Shown here piece by piece: positions 11,259 to 23,822 of a DNA stretch of 64,000 nt (positions within the stretch are counted from its first letter, which is position 1; the number at the start of each line of letters is the position of its first letter). This DNA comes from Zygnema circumcarinatum SAG 698-1b (Eukaryota > Plantae > Zygnematophyceae). The notes below the pieces were generated by a model. That model searched no databases. It was not told the DNA's origin and saw nothing but the letters and a program-made list of their open reading frames with translations. The position numbers and the translations under genes are program-made. The DNA lies in assembly GCA_037447605.1 (NCBI GenBank), contig CM074813.1, forward strand, positions 806,001-870,000. The letters are read 5' to 3'.

Positions 11259-11920
11259 AGACTGGCAGTGAGAGGTAAGAGCAGGCACAGAGGGGAGGGG
11301 GGCTCAAAGGACAAGAGCCAACCCATGACTCATCTTCAGACTTGACTTTGTGCAAAGAAGGTCCTCACGCTTCATGTTTTTTAGGTTTTGGAGTTTATGG
11401 TTGAGTGGTTTAGGGATTTAAAAGACTTCGGGAATCATGCATGGAAACAGGGAAACAATCGAATTCGAAAATCTTCTTGAATGAAATTGAGCGACATGTC
11501 AGCAACACGAATGTATAAAAACAAAAAAACTTCGATGAAATGAAAAGTAACAAAAAGCAAAAGCATAAGCAAAATCAGCTTCTTGCTGCTTCTTCTTCTT
11601 CTTCTTCCTTTCTTTGTTCGTCGGCAATCTTGTCCCTGCACGGCCTGCACATAAAATCATGTTGTGAATGTCTGCAAACTGACATAGATCGCGTAAAAGA
11701 CACTTCTCCCTGAAAAGTTGATAGTTCTATTCAAGATATGCATAGAACCTGTCGCCAAAGATTGGCCACATTAGACACAGCCGTTTGGTTAACGACAAAG
11801 AGCAGCTTCCCGCCCACCCCTTTCCTCTGCAAAAACTTGCTCGCCGTGTTCAGACTGCACTCATCCTCTCTCGCGATGTCAAAAATGGTCTCCGTCACCA
11901 AGTATCGCAGCCGTGTTTAG

Positions 11921-13271
11921 TCACCAATTGATCGACCAAAATCTGACCAAGTAGCCCCAAGCACACAGGACCAATGTTGGAATGTCGACAGTTAGTCGCA
12001 GCCCTACTGTCTCTCCCTTCCATTCTTGCGCTTCGCCAAGTGCTGCTTTGAATTTCTGCAGATCTTCCTCCACTCGAAAACTATGCTGCAATGCCGTTTG
12101 AAGTTTCTCTTGCATCTTTTCGATCTGAGAAAGTAAATCATTTGCATATGCCGACTTATCCAGCAGTAAAGAAAGCGCCTCGTCAAGCATTGAGAATGCT
12201 CTGTCTCTCTGCTCCTCCAATGTATTGATGAGTATAAATGCAGCGCCAGTTCGTGCTCCTTCAGACATTAAATTTTCACCAAGCTCTGCCTTTTCATTCT
12301 CAAGCGTCTTTGTGAACTTCTCCAAGCTCCTTTTCTGTTGCAATCATCAAAAGATTCCATCCCGTAAGTGGAGCTCCCTCTTGACTTCTTATTCCCGTCC
12401 TCCACGTTCACTCTCATCCTTTTCGCTTGCACTCCCCTTTCTAAGCGGAGCATCAAGCAATTAGCAATGCAATAAATGCGTTTGCCATGTAATATGCAAA
12501 AAGGAAAGAAAGAAAAGAAACGAACAAAAAAAATGGACAGAAAAAAATCCGAAAATTCAAAAGTGAAAAAACAAATCCATACCGTATTGCAGGCATTCAT
12601 CCTTCATTCAGCATTCTTCCTATCCATCCTATGACATGTTGCACCCCTATACAAAACATGTGCGAGGATTCTGCAGAGAACGAAAGAGAGAACGCAGAGT
12701 ATGAAGGGAAACGTCTTGCCATCGTCTTCCTCTGTGAAATAACTGCGAGCAAACAATTCAGATAATCTCACCTCCATCTGCGTGGTCTCTAATGCCTTTT
12801 TTAGTTTCTCCATGTGATCTATTGTTGGCGCCATTAGTGTTCTTCCATCAGAGCTCATTGAATTCAATACAACACTGAGAGATTTTCGATCTTCTTTGCT
12901 TTCGAGTAGCCAATCGAGAAGAGGGCCTGCAAGATAACAGAAAAAAAACACAAGAACACAGTATTACAGTGATTTCTTATTGAGCCATGCAGCCTGCCAC
13001 TGCTTGTCTTTGCTTCAACCTTCAACCTTGAACTCTCCTAATCAAAGCCAATGGATTCAATGCACTATTCGCCACATATTGAACTGTTTCCATGAACAGG
13101 CCGCCTATTTGCTGGTCTGATCATCATCGATGTCAGAGGAGAGTAAGCATAAGGAGTTACCAAACATCAAGAATGCTTCACATATTGCTGCACACTGATC
13201 CAGCATCAAAGCAGAGCGTTACCGTTCATCATGGCATCGTGCAGCTTGTGCAGTATGCGCTCATCGGCCAT
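11921..13271 (-). CDS. Predicted coiled-coil protein of unknown function, 3 exons, about 205 aa
   Basis: Exons 13271-13223, 12926-12772, 12334-11921 join in frame through GT-AG introns (MADERILHKLHDAMMN-G-PLLDWLLESKE...TTQME-KRSLEKFTKTLENEKAEL...). An in-frame stop lies upstream of the ATG. No family recognised. Confidence 0.55.
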
Positions 13272-14333
13272 GTTTGCAGAAGCTTCTCTCTGTTCAGGAG
13301 CTGCCTTCTTGCTCCCGCCTCAGCAGACAGGTCCTTGACAGTAGTGCTCCCTTTCTTTTTTCTGTAAAGGACTTGAAGTCCTACACCAGAAAAAAATGGT
13401 TTAAAATTCCAAGCGACCGACACTGTCGGACTTCCAAAAAAAGCTTTCATTCAAATTGTCAATTATTTATTAAGATTTTGAATATTTTAACGATTTTGAA
13501 GTTGAATGTTTGAAAGTATGGAGGGTCCCAAACATAACCGACGGCTTCGTATGCGGAAATTTCTTTCCAAAAAAGGATAGGACCAGTTTCGTAATATGTT
13601 TTTTATTTTCAACTTTCAATAGGGGATGTCCGCCGGACGAAATATTTTCAACGCTACGTGCGCGTGAATATTGCAAGCCTGTTTAACTGCGACTGTAACA
13701 GCGCTACATGAACAGAATGGTCCGTCAAAACTGCGAACGGAACAGCCACATATACTCCCATGAGCGCCGGGACCGTCCGTACCGGTTTGGAACTATCGGT
13801 ACAGTAGTTTTCCTATCCAGCCCTTCCAAGAGCATATTTATCGGAAACAGTACTTGTCAAGACGCCTCTTATGTGACACATCTCTAGAAATTGTACACTA
13901 GTTTCGATCTGGGTCCAGCATTTTTCTGTCAAAAAGATGTGAATGCTAGACAGGCCCCAAATGGAGAGCACAGAGCTTTGCGGGGGACACGTGGCACACG
14001 GACCGGAGCTTCTCGCACGTGTGGAGAGTTAAAGATGGAAGGTTAGGTTTAGGGTTTAAGGCCAGACTGCACTAGGTTAGGGTTCATCCGCATTGGGGGT
14101 TCAGGCCGGGCATGCGGCGGACTGGGACTCAGAATTTAGGGTTAAGTCTGTGTAGAGAAATTGGTTTAGGGCTTAGGGTTTAGGGTTTAGGGCTGTACAT
14201 TTCGTGTCAGGCTTTGTGGCTGAAACCCTAGGGTTCAGGGTCTGGCCTCCATGGCGGAACTCCGGGACTCCAGGATCAGTGACAGGTGGCGGGAGTCGGG
14301 GGATGGGCGGAGGGAGCAAGGGGCGGAGCAGGA

Positions 14334-14352
14334 CCAATCAGAGGCTGACACG
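14334..14352 (+). promoter_or_regulatory. ERSE-like element CCAAT-N10-CACG upstream of RNF121-like gene
   Basis: CCAAT CAGAGGCTGA CACG(TGGC); function is inferred. Confidence 0.5.
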
Positions 14353-14835
14353 TGGCAGGGGGATGCAGCAGATAGAGGGCCATCAGGGGAGAGCCCGCCA
14401 CGTGGCGGAGCGAGAGACGCCACGTGGCGCCGCTGGAGGGCCTCTGCCGAGGGTGTTGGGCGGCGGGCGCGGTGGAGGAGAGGCCGCAGAGCGAGGGAGG
14501 AGAATGCAGAAACCCTAGAAGCCATGAAAGTTTCAGAAACCCTGAAAGATTCAGAAACCGTAGAAGGTTCAGAGAATGTAAGGCCCATAAAGCTCCGGAA
14601 ACCCTTGAAAATCTTGAAGCTGGGGGGGGCCTTGAAGCCCTTGAAGCCGTTGCGGAGGGAGGGGAGGGAGAGGGTGAGAGAGGGAGAGAGAGAGGGAGGC
14701 CTCGGAGCGCTCTCGGAGGGATGGGAAGTTTTCGAGGGTGCTGAGCACCTGCCAGCTGGCAATGTGATAGAGGGCCACCTGGCAGTGGCTGCATTGGCAG
14801 CTTCTGCTGCTGCCACGTCATCACTGTCGTCAGCA

Positions 14836-17800
14836 ATGGCACATCGAGCGCTTCCCATTGGTGAGTTGGGGCTCCTGTTGTGTGAGAGGGAATTGTGCGG
14901 ATCCGTACGATAGGCTAAAGTGTAGGTATTTTTTTAAATTTAGCAGCTTTGTGAAAGTATTTTCAGATGAGGAGTGTTTCCATGGTGAGAATGCAGCTTC
15001 CGATCCGCTGTGCGTGAATAAAAATGTCGTTTTCGTACTGAAATTCACGTCCATGTGCAGAGGGCGTCGATCAAATCGCAGCCATTCGGAGGCCGCCAGC
15101 TGTCGAGCTGGAGGTTGTGCTGATGTTCTCCATAGCGCTGCTCATGATGCTCGGAGCTCAGGTGACTTTTGTAAAAAGAAGTAAAATAAAGTTGAAAATA
15201 AGAATAAATAATTCATGTCAAGTTGTAACAATGTAGTGGAATATCGAATTGCTACAAACAAATGCGTTTTAGGGTTCAAATTCCAGCTGTTGTGTTTCAG
15301 GGCTAAGGTCATACATTGCTAAATGTAGGGGAGTGAAATAAGGGATGAAAAAAGGAGACTAAGATCTAGGGTTCAGGTTTTTTGATTGTATGGTTTAGGT
15401 TGTAAGGTTTCATAGGCTCGCTGTTAAAGGTTCAAAGGATTAAAATTCAGGGTTTCTGATTTAAAAAATTTCAAAATTAAGGTTGGGATTTCCAACCTAA
15501 AGACTGAGTTCAGGTTTCGGATTTAATTGATCTAGATGAGTGATGCGATTTTCGGGAAAATTTCAAACTCCTTTCTCTCCCCCCCATCCCCTTCGCCCTC
15601 CCCATCCTTCCCATCTGTCTCTGTTCTCTCTTTCACCTTCGTTCCAACCCTTCATTTCCTTCCATTCCTCTCTTTCCTCTCTCCCTCTCTTCTCTCACTC
15701 TCTCCCCTTCCCCCTATCTCCCTCGTCCCATGCTTCCCTCCCCCTCTGTAGGAGTCCCTTTGCCCATTATCGTCATGTTGCTGTTACGGATGCAACGGAA
15801 CTGACCGCATGGAACGGCTCGGCAGGTGATGGCCCACACATGGAAACGGCAACACCTCCGCTCATTCCACATGGTCACTCTCATCTTCCTTTGGGTGGTG
15901 CCGCCCATTTGTGCCCTTCAGCTCTACTACTGGAATATGCTTATTGTCTGGTAAAATCCTAACTTGTAGCCCTCGTTCAAGCAGTTTTCAGAGCTGTGGG
16001 AATGCAGTGTTGAGCCCTTGCTGTCAGAAACAATGGAATGGAATGTGAACGATTTGATGATGTGTGGCTTGCAATGAATGTTATGGTCTGATGTTAGCCT
16101 CCTGTGACGTGACGTGACGTGACGTGACGTGGCACAGGTGCGGTTTCTCCAGCATGACATGGTGGATGATGTCCTGCGCCATGCAACGCCCCATGCATGT
16201 CAGCATCCCACGGTCTGCTTCCTTTCTCTCTCTCCTTCTCCCTCATCCTCTCCTTCTCGCTCTCCTCCCTCCTTACAGCTTTTCCTCCATGCACCTCCCC
16301 TTTCCCTTTCCCTCTCCCTCATCGTCAGAGACTATATCCTCACTCTCTGCCTCTCCTTCTCCTTTCTGTGAGACTTTCCGTCCCCCTCCCTCTCTCCTGC
16401 CTCCCCCGCCAGACCCTCTCTCCCCCTCCACAGTTTTCCTTTCCCCCACTTTCTGTCACTTTCTGTTTTTCCTTTCTTACCCGAACTGTTTCCATGTGCT
16501 GTTTCCGTGGGACAGGATGGTGTACCTCTGGTTCACTGCGGTGTACCGATTCTGCATGTGTTTAGGTTGCCTCGGATATTTTATTTTCATGGTTGGCCTC
16601 CTCTTTCCATCCCCCCCTCCAGTACTACTAGCAATAATAATTAAAGGAATGATTATAGCTTGCGATAGTCTGTCTTTCCCTCCTCTCTTATCTTTCCCTT
16701 TTCTGACCAACTTCACTCCTTTGCGACTGATAGGTGACTTTTTTTCCGGGCAGGTAAATATTTTATTTGCGCTTGCAGGCGACGAGGGGCGTTTTACTTC
16801 TATCGGGGGGGAGTTGATATGTTGCGGTATGTGTGAGTGGGGAAGAGAGAGTGAGAGAGAGAGAGAGAGTGAGAGGGGGAGAGGGATTGGTGTTTTTANN
16901 NNNNNNNNGTGCTGATGTTCTCCATAGCGCTGCTCATGATGCTCGGAGCTCAGGTGACTTTTGTAAAAAGAAGTAAAATAAAGTTGAAAATAAGAATAAA
17001 TAATTCATGTCAAGTTGTAACAATGTAGTGGAATATCGAATTGCTACAAACAAATGCGTTTTAGGGTTCAAATTCCAGCTGTTGTGTTTCAGGGCTAAGG
17101 TCATACATTGCTAAATGTAGGGGAGTGAAATAAGGGATGAAAAAAGGAGACTAAGATCTAGGGTTCAGGTTTTTTGATTGTATGGTTTAGGTTGTAAGGT
17201 TTCATAGGCTCGCTGTTAAAGGTTCAAAGGATTAAAATTCAGGGTTTCTGATTTAAAAAATTTCAAAATTAAGGTTGGGATTTCCAACCTAAAGACTGAG
17301 TTCAGGTTTCGGATTTAATTGATCTAGATGAGTGATGCGATTTTCGGGAAAATTTCAAACTCCTTTCTCTCCCCCCCATCCCCTTCGCCCTCCCCATCCT
17401 TCCCATCTGTCTCTGTTCTCTCTTTCACCTTCGTTCCAACCCTTCATTTCCTTCCATTCCTCTCTTTCCTCTCTCCCTCTCTTCTCTCACTCTCTCCCCT
17501 TCCCCCTATCTCCCTCGTCCCATGCTTCCCTCCCCCTCTGTAGGAGTCCCTTTGCCCATTATCGTCATGTTGCTGTTACGGATGCAACGGAACTGACCGC
17601 ATGGAACGGCTCGGCAGGTGATGGCCCACACATGGAAACGGCAACACCTCCGCTCATTCCACATGGTCACTCTCATCTTCCTTTGGGTGGTGCCGCCCAT
17701 TTGTGCCCTTCAGCTCTACTACTGGAATATGCTTATTGTCTGGTAAAATCCTAACTTGTAGCCCTCGTTCAAGCAGTTTTCAGAGCTGTGGGAATGCAGT

Positions 17801-20447
17801 GTTGAGCCCTTGCTGTCAGAAACAATGGAATGGAATGTGAACGATTTGATGATGTGTGGCTTGCAATGAATGTTATGGTCTGATGTTAGCCTCCTGTGAC
17901 GTGACGTGACGTGACGTGACGTGGCACAGGTGCGGTTTCTCCAGCATGACATGGTGGATGATGTCCTGCGCCATGCAACGCCCCATGCATGTCAGCATCC
18001 CACGGTCTGCTTCCTTTCTCTCTCTCCTTCTCCCTCATCCTCTCCTTCTCGCTCTCCTCCCTCCTTACAGCTTTTCCTCCATGCACCTCCCCTTTCCCTT
18101 TCCCTCTCCCTCATCGTCAGAGACTATATCCTCACTCTCTGCCTCTCCTTCTCCTTTCTGTGAGACTTTCCGTCCCCCTCCCTCTCTCCTGCCTCCCCCG
18201 CCAGACCCTCTCTCCCCCTCCACAGTTTTCCTTTCCCCCACTTTCTGTCACTTTCTGTTTTTCCTTTCTTACCCGAACTGTTTCCATGTGCTGTTTCCGT
18301 GGGACAGGATGGTGTACCTCTGGTTCACTGCGGTGTACCGATTCTGCATGTGTTTAGGTTGCCTCGGATATTTTATTTTCATGGTTGGCCTCCTCTTTCC
18401 ATCCCCCCCTCCAGTACTACTAGCAATAATAATTAAAGGAATGATTATAGCTTGCGATAGTCTGTCTTTCCCTCCTCTCTTATCTTTCCCTTTTCTGACC
18501 AACTTCACTCCTTTGCGACTGATAGGTGACTTTTTTTCCGGGCAGGTAAATATTTTATTTGCGCTTGCAGGCGACGAGGGGCGTTTTACTTCTATCGGGG
18601 GGGAGTTGATATGTTGCGGTATGTGTGAGTGGGGAAGAGAGAGTGAGAGAGAGAGAGAGAGTGAGAGGGGGAGAGGGATTGGTGTTTTTANNNNNNNNNN
18701 CTCCCTCTCCCTCTCCCTCTCCCTCTCCCTCTCCCTCTCACCGCTTTCTCTCTCTCCCCCCCATCTCCCTCACTGCCTCGCCTTCAATTTTCACTACTGT
18801 CTTTTCGCTCCACGTCCCTTCTCCCACACTCCCTCTCCCTCCGTGCCCCCTGCAGCTCTCCCTCCCTCCCACTTCCCCTCTCGGCTCCCTTATCTCCCTC
18901 CTTCCATTCTATTTCTTAAGAATATATCGTTTCTTGTTTGTTTATTTTAACCGTAATTGTGGCCTGAACAGGTGGACTTCCGCGGCGTGTTCCCCCACCC
19001 CTGGGCGGCGCAGCCCAACATGTGGAACCAGGTGCTTGATGCCGCGCGGTATCTGGTTGTATGGACGCCACTGCTTGTAATATCTACTCAGGTGAGGGAA
19101 GGTTTACCGGTGGGGCAGGCGAGAGGGAGAGGGAGAGGGAGAGGGGGAGGGAGGTGGGGTAGGCGAGAGGGAGAGGGAGAGCGAGAGGGAGAGGGAGAGG
19201 GAGAGGGAGGTGGGGTAGGCGAGAGGGAGAGGGAGAGCGAGAGGGAGAGGGAGAGGGAGAGGGAGGGAGAGGGAGAGGGAGAGGGAGGTGGGGTAGGCGA
19301 GAGGCAGAGGGACTGCGAGAGGGAGAGCGAGAGGGAGAGGGAGAGGGAGGTGGGGTAGACGAGAGGGAGAGGGAGAGCGAGAGGAGAGGGAGAGGGAGAG
19401 GGAGAGGAGAGGGAGAGGGAAGAGGGAGAGGGAGAGGGAGAGGGAGAGGGAGAGGGAGAGGGAGAGGGAGAGGGAGAGGGAGAGGGAGAGGGAGAGGGAG
19501 AGGGAGAGGGAGAGGGAGAGGAGAGGGAGAGGGAGAGGGAGCGAGAGGGAGAGGAGAGGGAGAGGAGAGGGAGGAGGGAGAGGGAGAGTGGAGAGGGGAG
19601 AGGGAGAGGGAGAGGGAGAGGAGAGGGAGGAGGAGAGGGATGTGGGGTAGGCGAGAGGGAGAGGGAGAGCGAGAGGGAGAGGGAGAGGGAGAGGGAGGTG
19701 GGGTAGGCGAGAGGGAGAGCGAGAGGGAGAGGGAGAGGGAGAGGGAGAGGGAGAGGGAGAGGGAGAGGGAGAGGGAGGTGGGGTAGGCGAGAGGCAGAGG
19801 GACTGCGAGAGGGAGAGCGAGAGGGAGAGGGAGAGGGAGGTGGGGTAGACGAGAGGGAGAGGGAGAGGAGAGCGAGAGGGAGAGGGAGAGGGAGAGGGAG
19901 GGAGGGAGAGGGAGAGGGAGAGGGAGAGGGAGAGGGAGAGGGAGAGGGAGAGGGAGAGGGAGAGGGAGAGAGGGAGAGGGAGAGGGAAGAGGGAGAGGGA
20001 GAGGAGAGGGAGAGGGAGAGAGGGAGAGGGAGAGGGAGAGGGAGAGGGAGAGGGAGAGAGAGGGAGAGGAGAGGGAGAAGGAGAGGGAGAGGGAGAGGGA
20101 GAGAGGGAGAGCGAGAGGGAGAGGGAGAGGGAGAGGGAGAGGGAGAGGGAGAGGGAGAGGGATGTGGGGTAGGCGAGAGGGAGAGGGAGAGCGAGAGGGA
20201 GAGGGAGAGGGAGAGGGAGGTGGGGTAGGCGAGAGGGAGAGCGAGAGGGAGAGGGAGGCGGGGTAGGCGAGAGGGAGGGAGAGGGAGAGGAAAGGGGATA
20301 GGGAAAGGGAGTGGGAGAGGGAGAGGGAGGGGTGAGGGAAAGGCAGCCATAATCAATGCTCTCCCACTCCCACTCTCTCTCTGACCAGAATGTTTGGGTT
20401 TGTTTTTTGTGCAGATCACGTTGTACTTTGTAACAAGGCCGCGATGA
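14836..20447 (+). CDS. RNF121: RNF121/RNF175-like multi-pass RING E3 ligase; central RING exons missing or unresolved at assembly gaps
   Basis: Exons 14836-14860 (start tentative), 15061-15161, 15826-15950, 16138-16212, 16516-?, 18972-19091, 20415-20447. They give LGAQVMAHTWKRQHLRSFHMVTLIFLWVVP...WCGFSSMTWWMMSCAMQRPMHVSIPRMVYLWF and VDFRGVFPHPW...QVLDAARYLVVWTP, collinear with animal RNF121 ([41 protein letters not shown]...QLLDWLRYLVAWQP). Confidence 0.85.
15117..18690 (+). repeat. Apparently exact 1782-bp tandem duplication (15117-16898 = 16909-18690), likely a scaffolding artefact
   Basis: Constant offset of 1792; both copies end at 10-N gaps; the first copy starts mid-exon. Confidence 0.85.
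19100..20340 (+). repeat. About 1.2-kb (GGGAGA)n polypurine tract with interspersed GGTGGGGTAGGCGAGAG units, last intron of RNF121-like gene
   Basis: Directly visible; a block near 19285 recurs near 19775. Confidence 0.95.
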
Positions 20448-21323
20448 AGCAGTGCGAACTTTCTACTCATTTTTTGGTTTTATCAATGGGCGCTTCCTTT
20501 CCTCAGGAGGAGACTAAGAAGGGGAGAGCGTCTCATTCTATCTTTGGAAGTTTTGTTGTATCAGTGGTTTTAGGTTGGGGCACTCTCAGAAAAAATAAAA
20601 TGTCTAACACTGTCAAAGCATGACAGTTGTGTAGGCTAAAAAGTGAAAAGCAAAAAATGTTCCAAGTTGTAAAAAAACAAATTTTTTATTTGTTATGTTG
20701 GTTAAAAAACGAAATGATGTTAGAGGATGCTTAACTTCCGGTTGCTGGTGAGAGGTTTGAGCTAACGCTTGTATGGGGTTCACTCCAATGATTCAGTCCT
20801 TGTTCCTCATTTCTCGTTTCTGGTTTTAATTGTTTCGGTTTTTTGGATTGTAGTTTCTGGTTTCTGTTTTTGGTTTTTGGTTTCTAGACTCAAAATAATA
20901 TAAATTGAATATGGATATGGACAAAGACAAAATGTAGAACCACTGTGAACTGGTTACAGACCACCTAGGAGCGAAAGAACAAGCTTCTTAGGACCCAATA
21001 ACGTACTGTACTGCAATCATCCTCATTTTCAGCATGTCGGCAAAACTGGGGTGTTCCAAGCAAGGTTACTTTTTAGGGTTTCAGAGGCTTGTACTTTCTG
21101 GAGTCTCCTTTTCCTTCTTCAAAAAAAAAGGGATTGCCACAATGTACCCAACTTTCAATAGAGGGACATTCCGTTTACCCATTCAACGCCCGTAACTGGG
21201 ACAGAACTGCAATTCCCACAAGTAATAGCGTCACATAGAGCGCCATTGCGATTCCACTCCCTCTCTCTTTCCCCTGTTTCCCTCTCCCCCATCCTTCACC
21301 CTCTCACACCAGTCTTGGCAGCC

Positions 21324-22089
21324 ATGGACTCCGCTTCCAAAGCCTCCTCCTCCGCTTCAACTCCTTCTTCGTCCCCCCTCTCAGAAAGCCCCTCTCCCGC
21401 ATCCCCCCGCCGCCACGCGGCTCTCCAAAAACGCTTCAGAGAGGCTCCCGCTGTTTACTTCCTGCCACGTCACAGCCCCCTCTACACGACTGTCAAATAC
21501 GGCGCGATCATTGCGGTGGGTATCGCGGCGGGAATGGTGGTGGAGCGCTGGATCAAGAAGAAGATCGAAGGTGCGGCTGGTGTGGTTTGGTTTAAGGCCT
21601 AGAGGGGTAAGATTAGGATGATGGTTAGGGTTAGGGTCAAAAGTAGGGTTAGAGTTAGGGTGGGGATTGGGTTATGGTTAGGACGAGGGTTAAGGTTATG
21701 TTTCTGGTTAGGGTTAAGATGAGGGTTAGCCTTAGACTTAGGCTTAGGCTTAGAGCTTAGGATAAGGGTAGGGTTAGGGTTCGGGTTAGGGTTATGGATA
21801 GGGTTAGGGTTAGGGTTCGGATAAGAGTTAGCGTTAGGTTTAAGAATGGGTTTAAGTTAGGCTTATGGTTAGGGTCAAGGGTTCGGTAAGGGTAAGGATG
21901 AGCGCGAAGTCGCAGAGTTAGAGGTACGTTATGTTTCAACATTCGCTACCATCAAACGCTAGCTGAAGGATAAGGTTTCCTATTATTCCAAATTATTAAC
22001 TATATTTCCCTCTTTTCTAACTTTTTTTTTAACCGTGGGGGTCTCCAGAGGATGGCGGTTATGTCACCTTCAGGCTCGGCGAAAGATGA
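21324..22089 (+). CDS. Small single-pass membrane protein, 2 exons, about 95 aa
   Basis: Exons 21324-21570 and 22049-22089 join in frame: ...YFLPRHSPLYTTVKYGAIIAVGIAAGMVVERWIKKKIE-EDGGYVTFRLGER*. Ser-rich N-terminus and one hydrophobic segment. Confidence 0.75.
21601..21900 (+). repeat. Degenerate TTAGGG/TTTAGGG tract in intron
   Basis: GGGTTAGGGTT variants beginning about 30 nt after the donor at 21571. Confidence 0.85.
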
Positions 22090-23822
22090 TTGGTTACAGA
22101 CATTTCTTCCTGCTCAGCTTCGAAATCTTATTTTTATAACGACCTTTCTGTGCTACTTGGAAGTCTAAATATATTTTTTGATGCTGAGAAAGCAAAACTT
22201 CGTCATTGTGCTGGTAAGCGATCTACCTTCTCATCCAGTGCAACATCATGTCAGGGTCTCACCATGTGTGAACATTGTAGGTGGAGCGCTTGATTTTGTG
22301 TTCCCCCTCTCTCCCTCTCTCTCGCTCTCACTCTCTGCTTGCCTCTGCCCTCCTCTTCCCCCCCCCCATCCTCTCTCACTTTTCTTCTCATGCTGTGACT
22401 TTGTTTCTTTTTTCCTTAGTGCCGTCTGTTTCTGTTCCAGTTCATATTTCGTTGCAGGAGGAACCTTGGAATATCAAAAGCAGCGGAGCAGGAGGCCCAT
22501 CCTATTGAATTTACTTGCGAGATGTGAAGGCTAGCGGCAGACAGACTGCGATGCGGGTACGCGCCGTTGCTAAGGAGAGTTTAAAAAAAAAAAAAATTGG
22601 TTGGAGCGTAGACAGGCTGTACTTTGATTCCCTTTTTTTTGTTACTTTAAGGCGTCCCTTTTGTCAATTGAGTTGCCTTCCTGGTTTTTGCATTGGTTTC
22701 TGTCAAGCAGCATATTATTGGTTTCAAGAGCATCTTAAACAAAACTAAAGATTTACCAAATGATGTTTGCAAAATCTCAATCCTGAAAACTATTCGCTGC
22801 CAGAATCAATCTCAATCCCTATCTCCTTCTGGACTTATTTGATATTGAAAAAGTCGGCTTTTTTTTTTTTTTTTCGCTTTCTCTTCTTCTCGGTCGCCAG
22901 TTTCGGAGCATTCGATTCCATTTCTCCCTCTTTGGCCGAGAAGGCAAACGAACGGTCACACTGAGGGGGGGGGGTCAGACTGAAAAGTTGGTTGCTAGTT
23001 TTAGAGCAGAACGAGTACTTCGGTTACATCGCGATCCTGCTGCGGCGGAGTACTTCAGTTACTGTCGTGTTCGTAAGATTTCGTTCTTTTGGGGTTTTTA
23101 GGGTTTTAGGGGTTTAGGGCTTTTAGGGTTTTTAGGTTGTTAGGGTTTTCAGGGGTTTTAGGGTTTTGGGGTTTTTAGTCTGACGCCTCCTAACCAGAGT
23201 TCGACAAGCCGTGACCTTTTCCAATAGTCGACTTGAAGGTTAAGGTTTGGTCAAAGTCAAGATTTGTTAAGGTCCATGGTTGGTCAAGGTCAATTTAGGT
23301 CTAGGTCGAGGTTTGGTCAAAGTTGTTAGTCAAAAGGAAAATCAAAGTACAGTACGGAATTTTTATTTCATTTGGAGGGTTCCCGAAAAAATCAAATTTC
23401 CGTAGTCTTCCTTTCCTTCCCAGCGTGACATGACACTGCCAAATCACTGCTGCCGGCATCCGCGCGCTCTGATTGGCCCTCGGAAGCACCACGTGGCGCC
23501 TTTCCAGTGGTCCTCGTTCCGCTCCCACACTGCAGGACCCAAATCAAAATACTGCGCGTAAAAACGTCAACAGCGAAAATCCGATTTCTTTTCACTGTCC
23601 AAAATTCACCTCCGTACAGATTTGAAAGTGAGCGAATCACCATCTACCACATCAGCGACCCGAATCTGTTCCAGCCAATCCGAGTCCCAGCTTCTATGTA
23701 ACCGTATTCCCCCCTCCTGCTCCGTTTAAATCCGCCACATGGAACCCCCCTTGCCCCCTTTGTTCCAAATTCCGCCGGCGACCAATCACGGCGGCGCGCA
23801 GACCCGCGCTGCAGGCGGTAGG

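Noticed and set aside
14251-14913. 220-aa ORF as a separate protein
   Set aside because: No family similarity; it spans promoter motifs and GA repeats. Only its last part may be RNF121 exon 1.
15117-18690. Real tandem exon duplication creating a novel RNF121 architecture
   Set aside because: Apparent 100% identity including introns, with both copies ending at 10-N gaps, is typical of unmerged contig overlap.
19088-20470. Long Pro/Ser/Leu or Glu/Arg/Gly ORFs over GA/CT tracts (also 7953-8738, 23644-24645, 29104-30264, 38430-39569 and similar)
   Set aside because: Translation artefacts of low-complexity introns.
22990-23075. Possible ncRNA or exon with repeated GAGTACTTC(G/A)GTTAC before a GTAAG donor
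   Set aside because: No snoRNA/tRNA boxes or coding similarity recognised, and it cannot be assigned to a transcript without RNA data.
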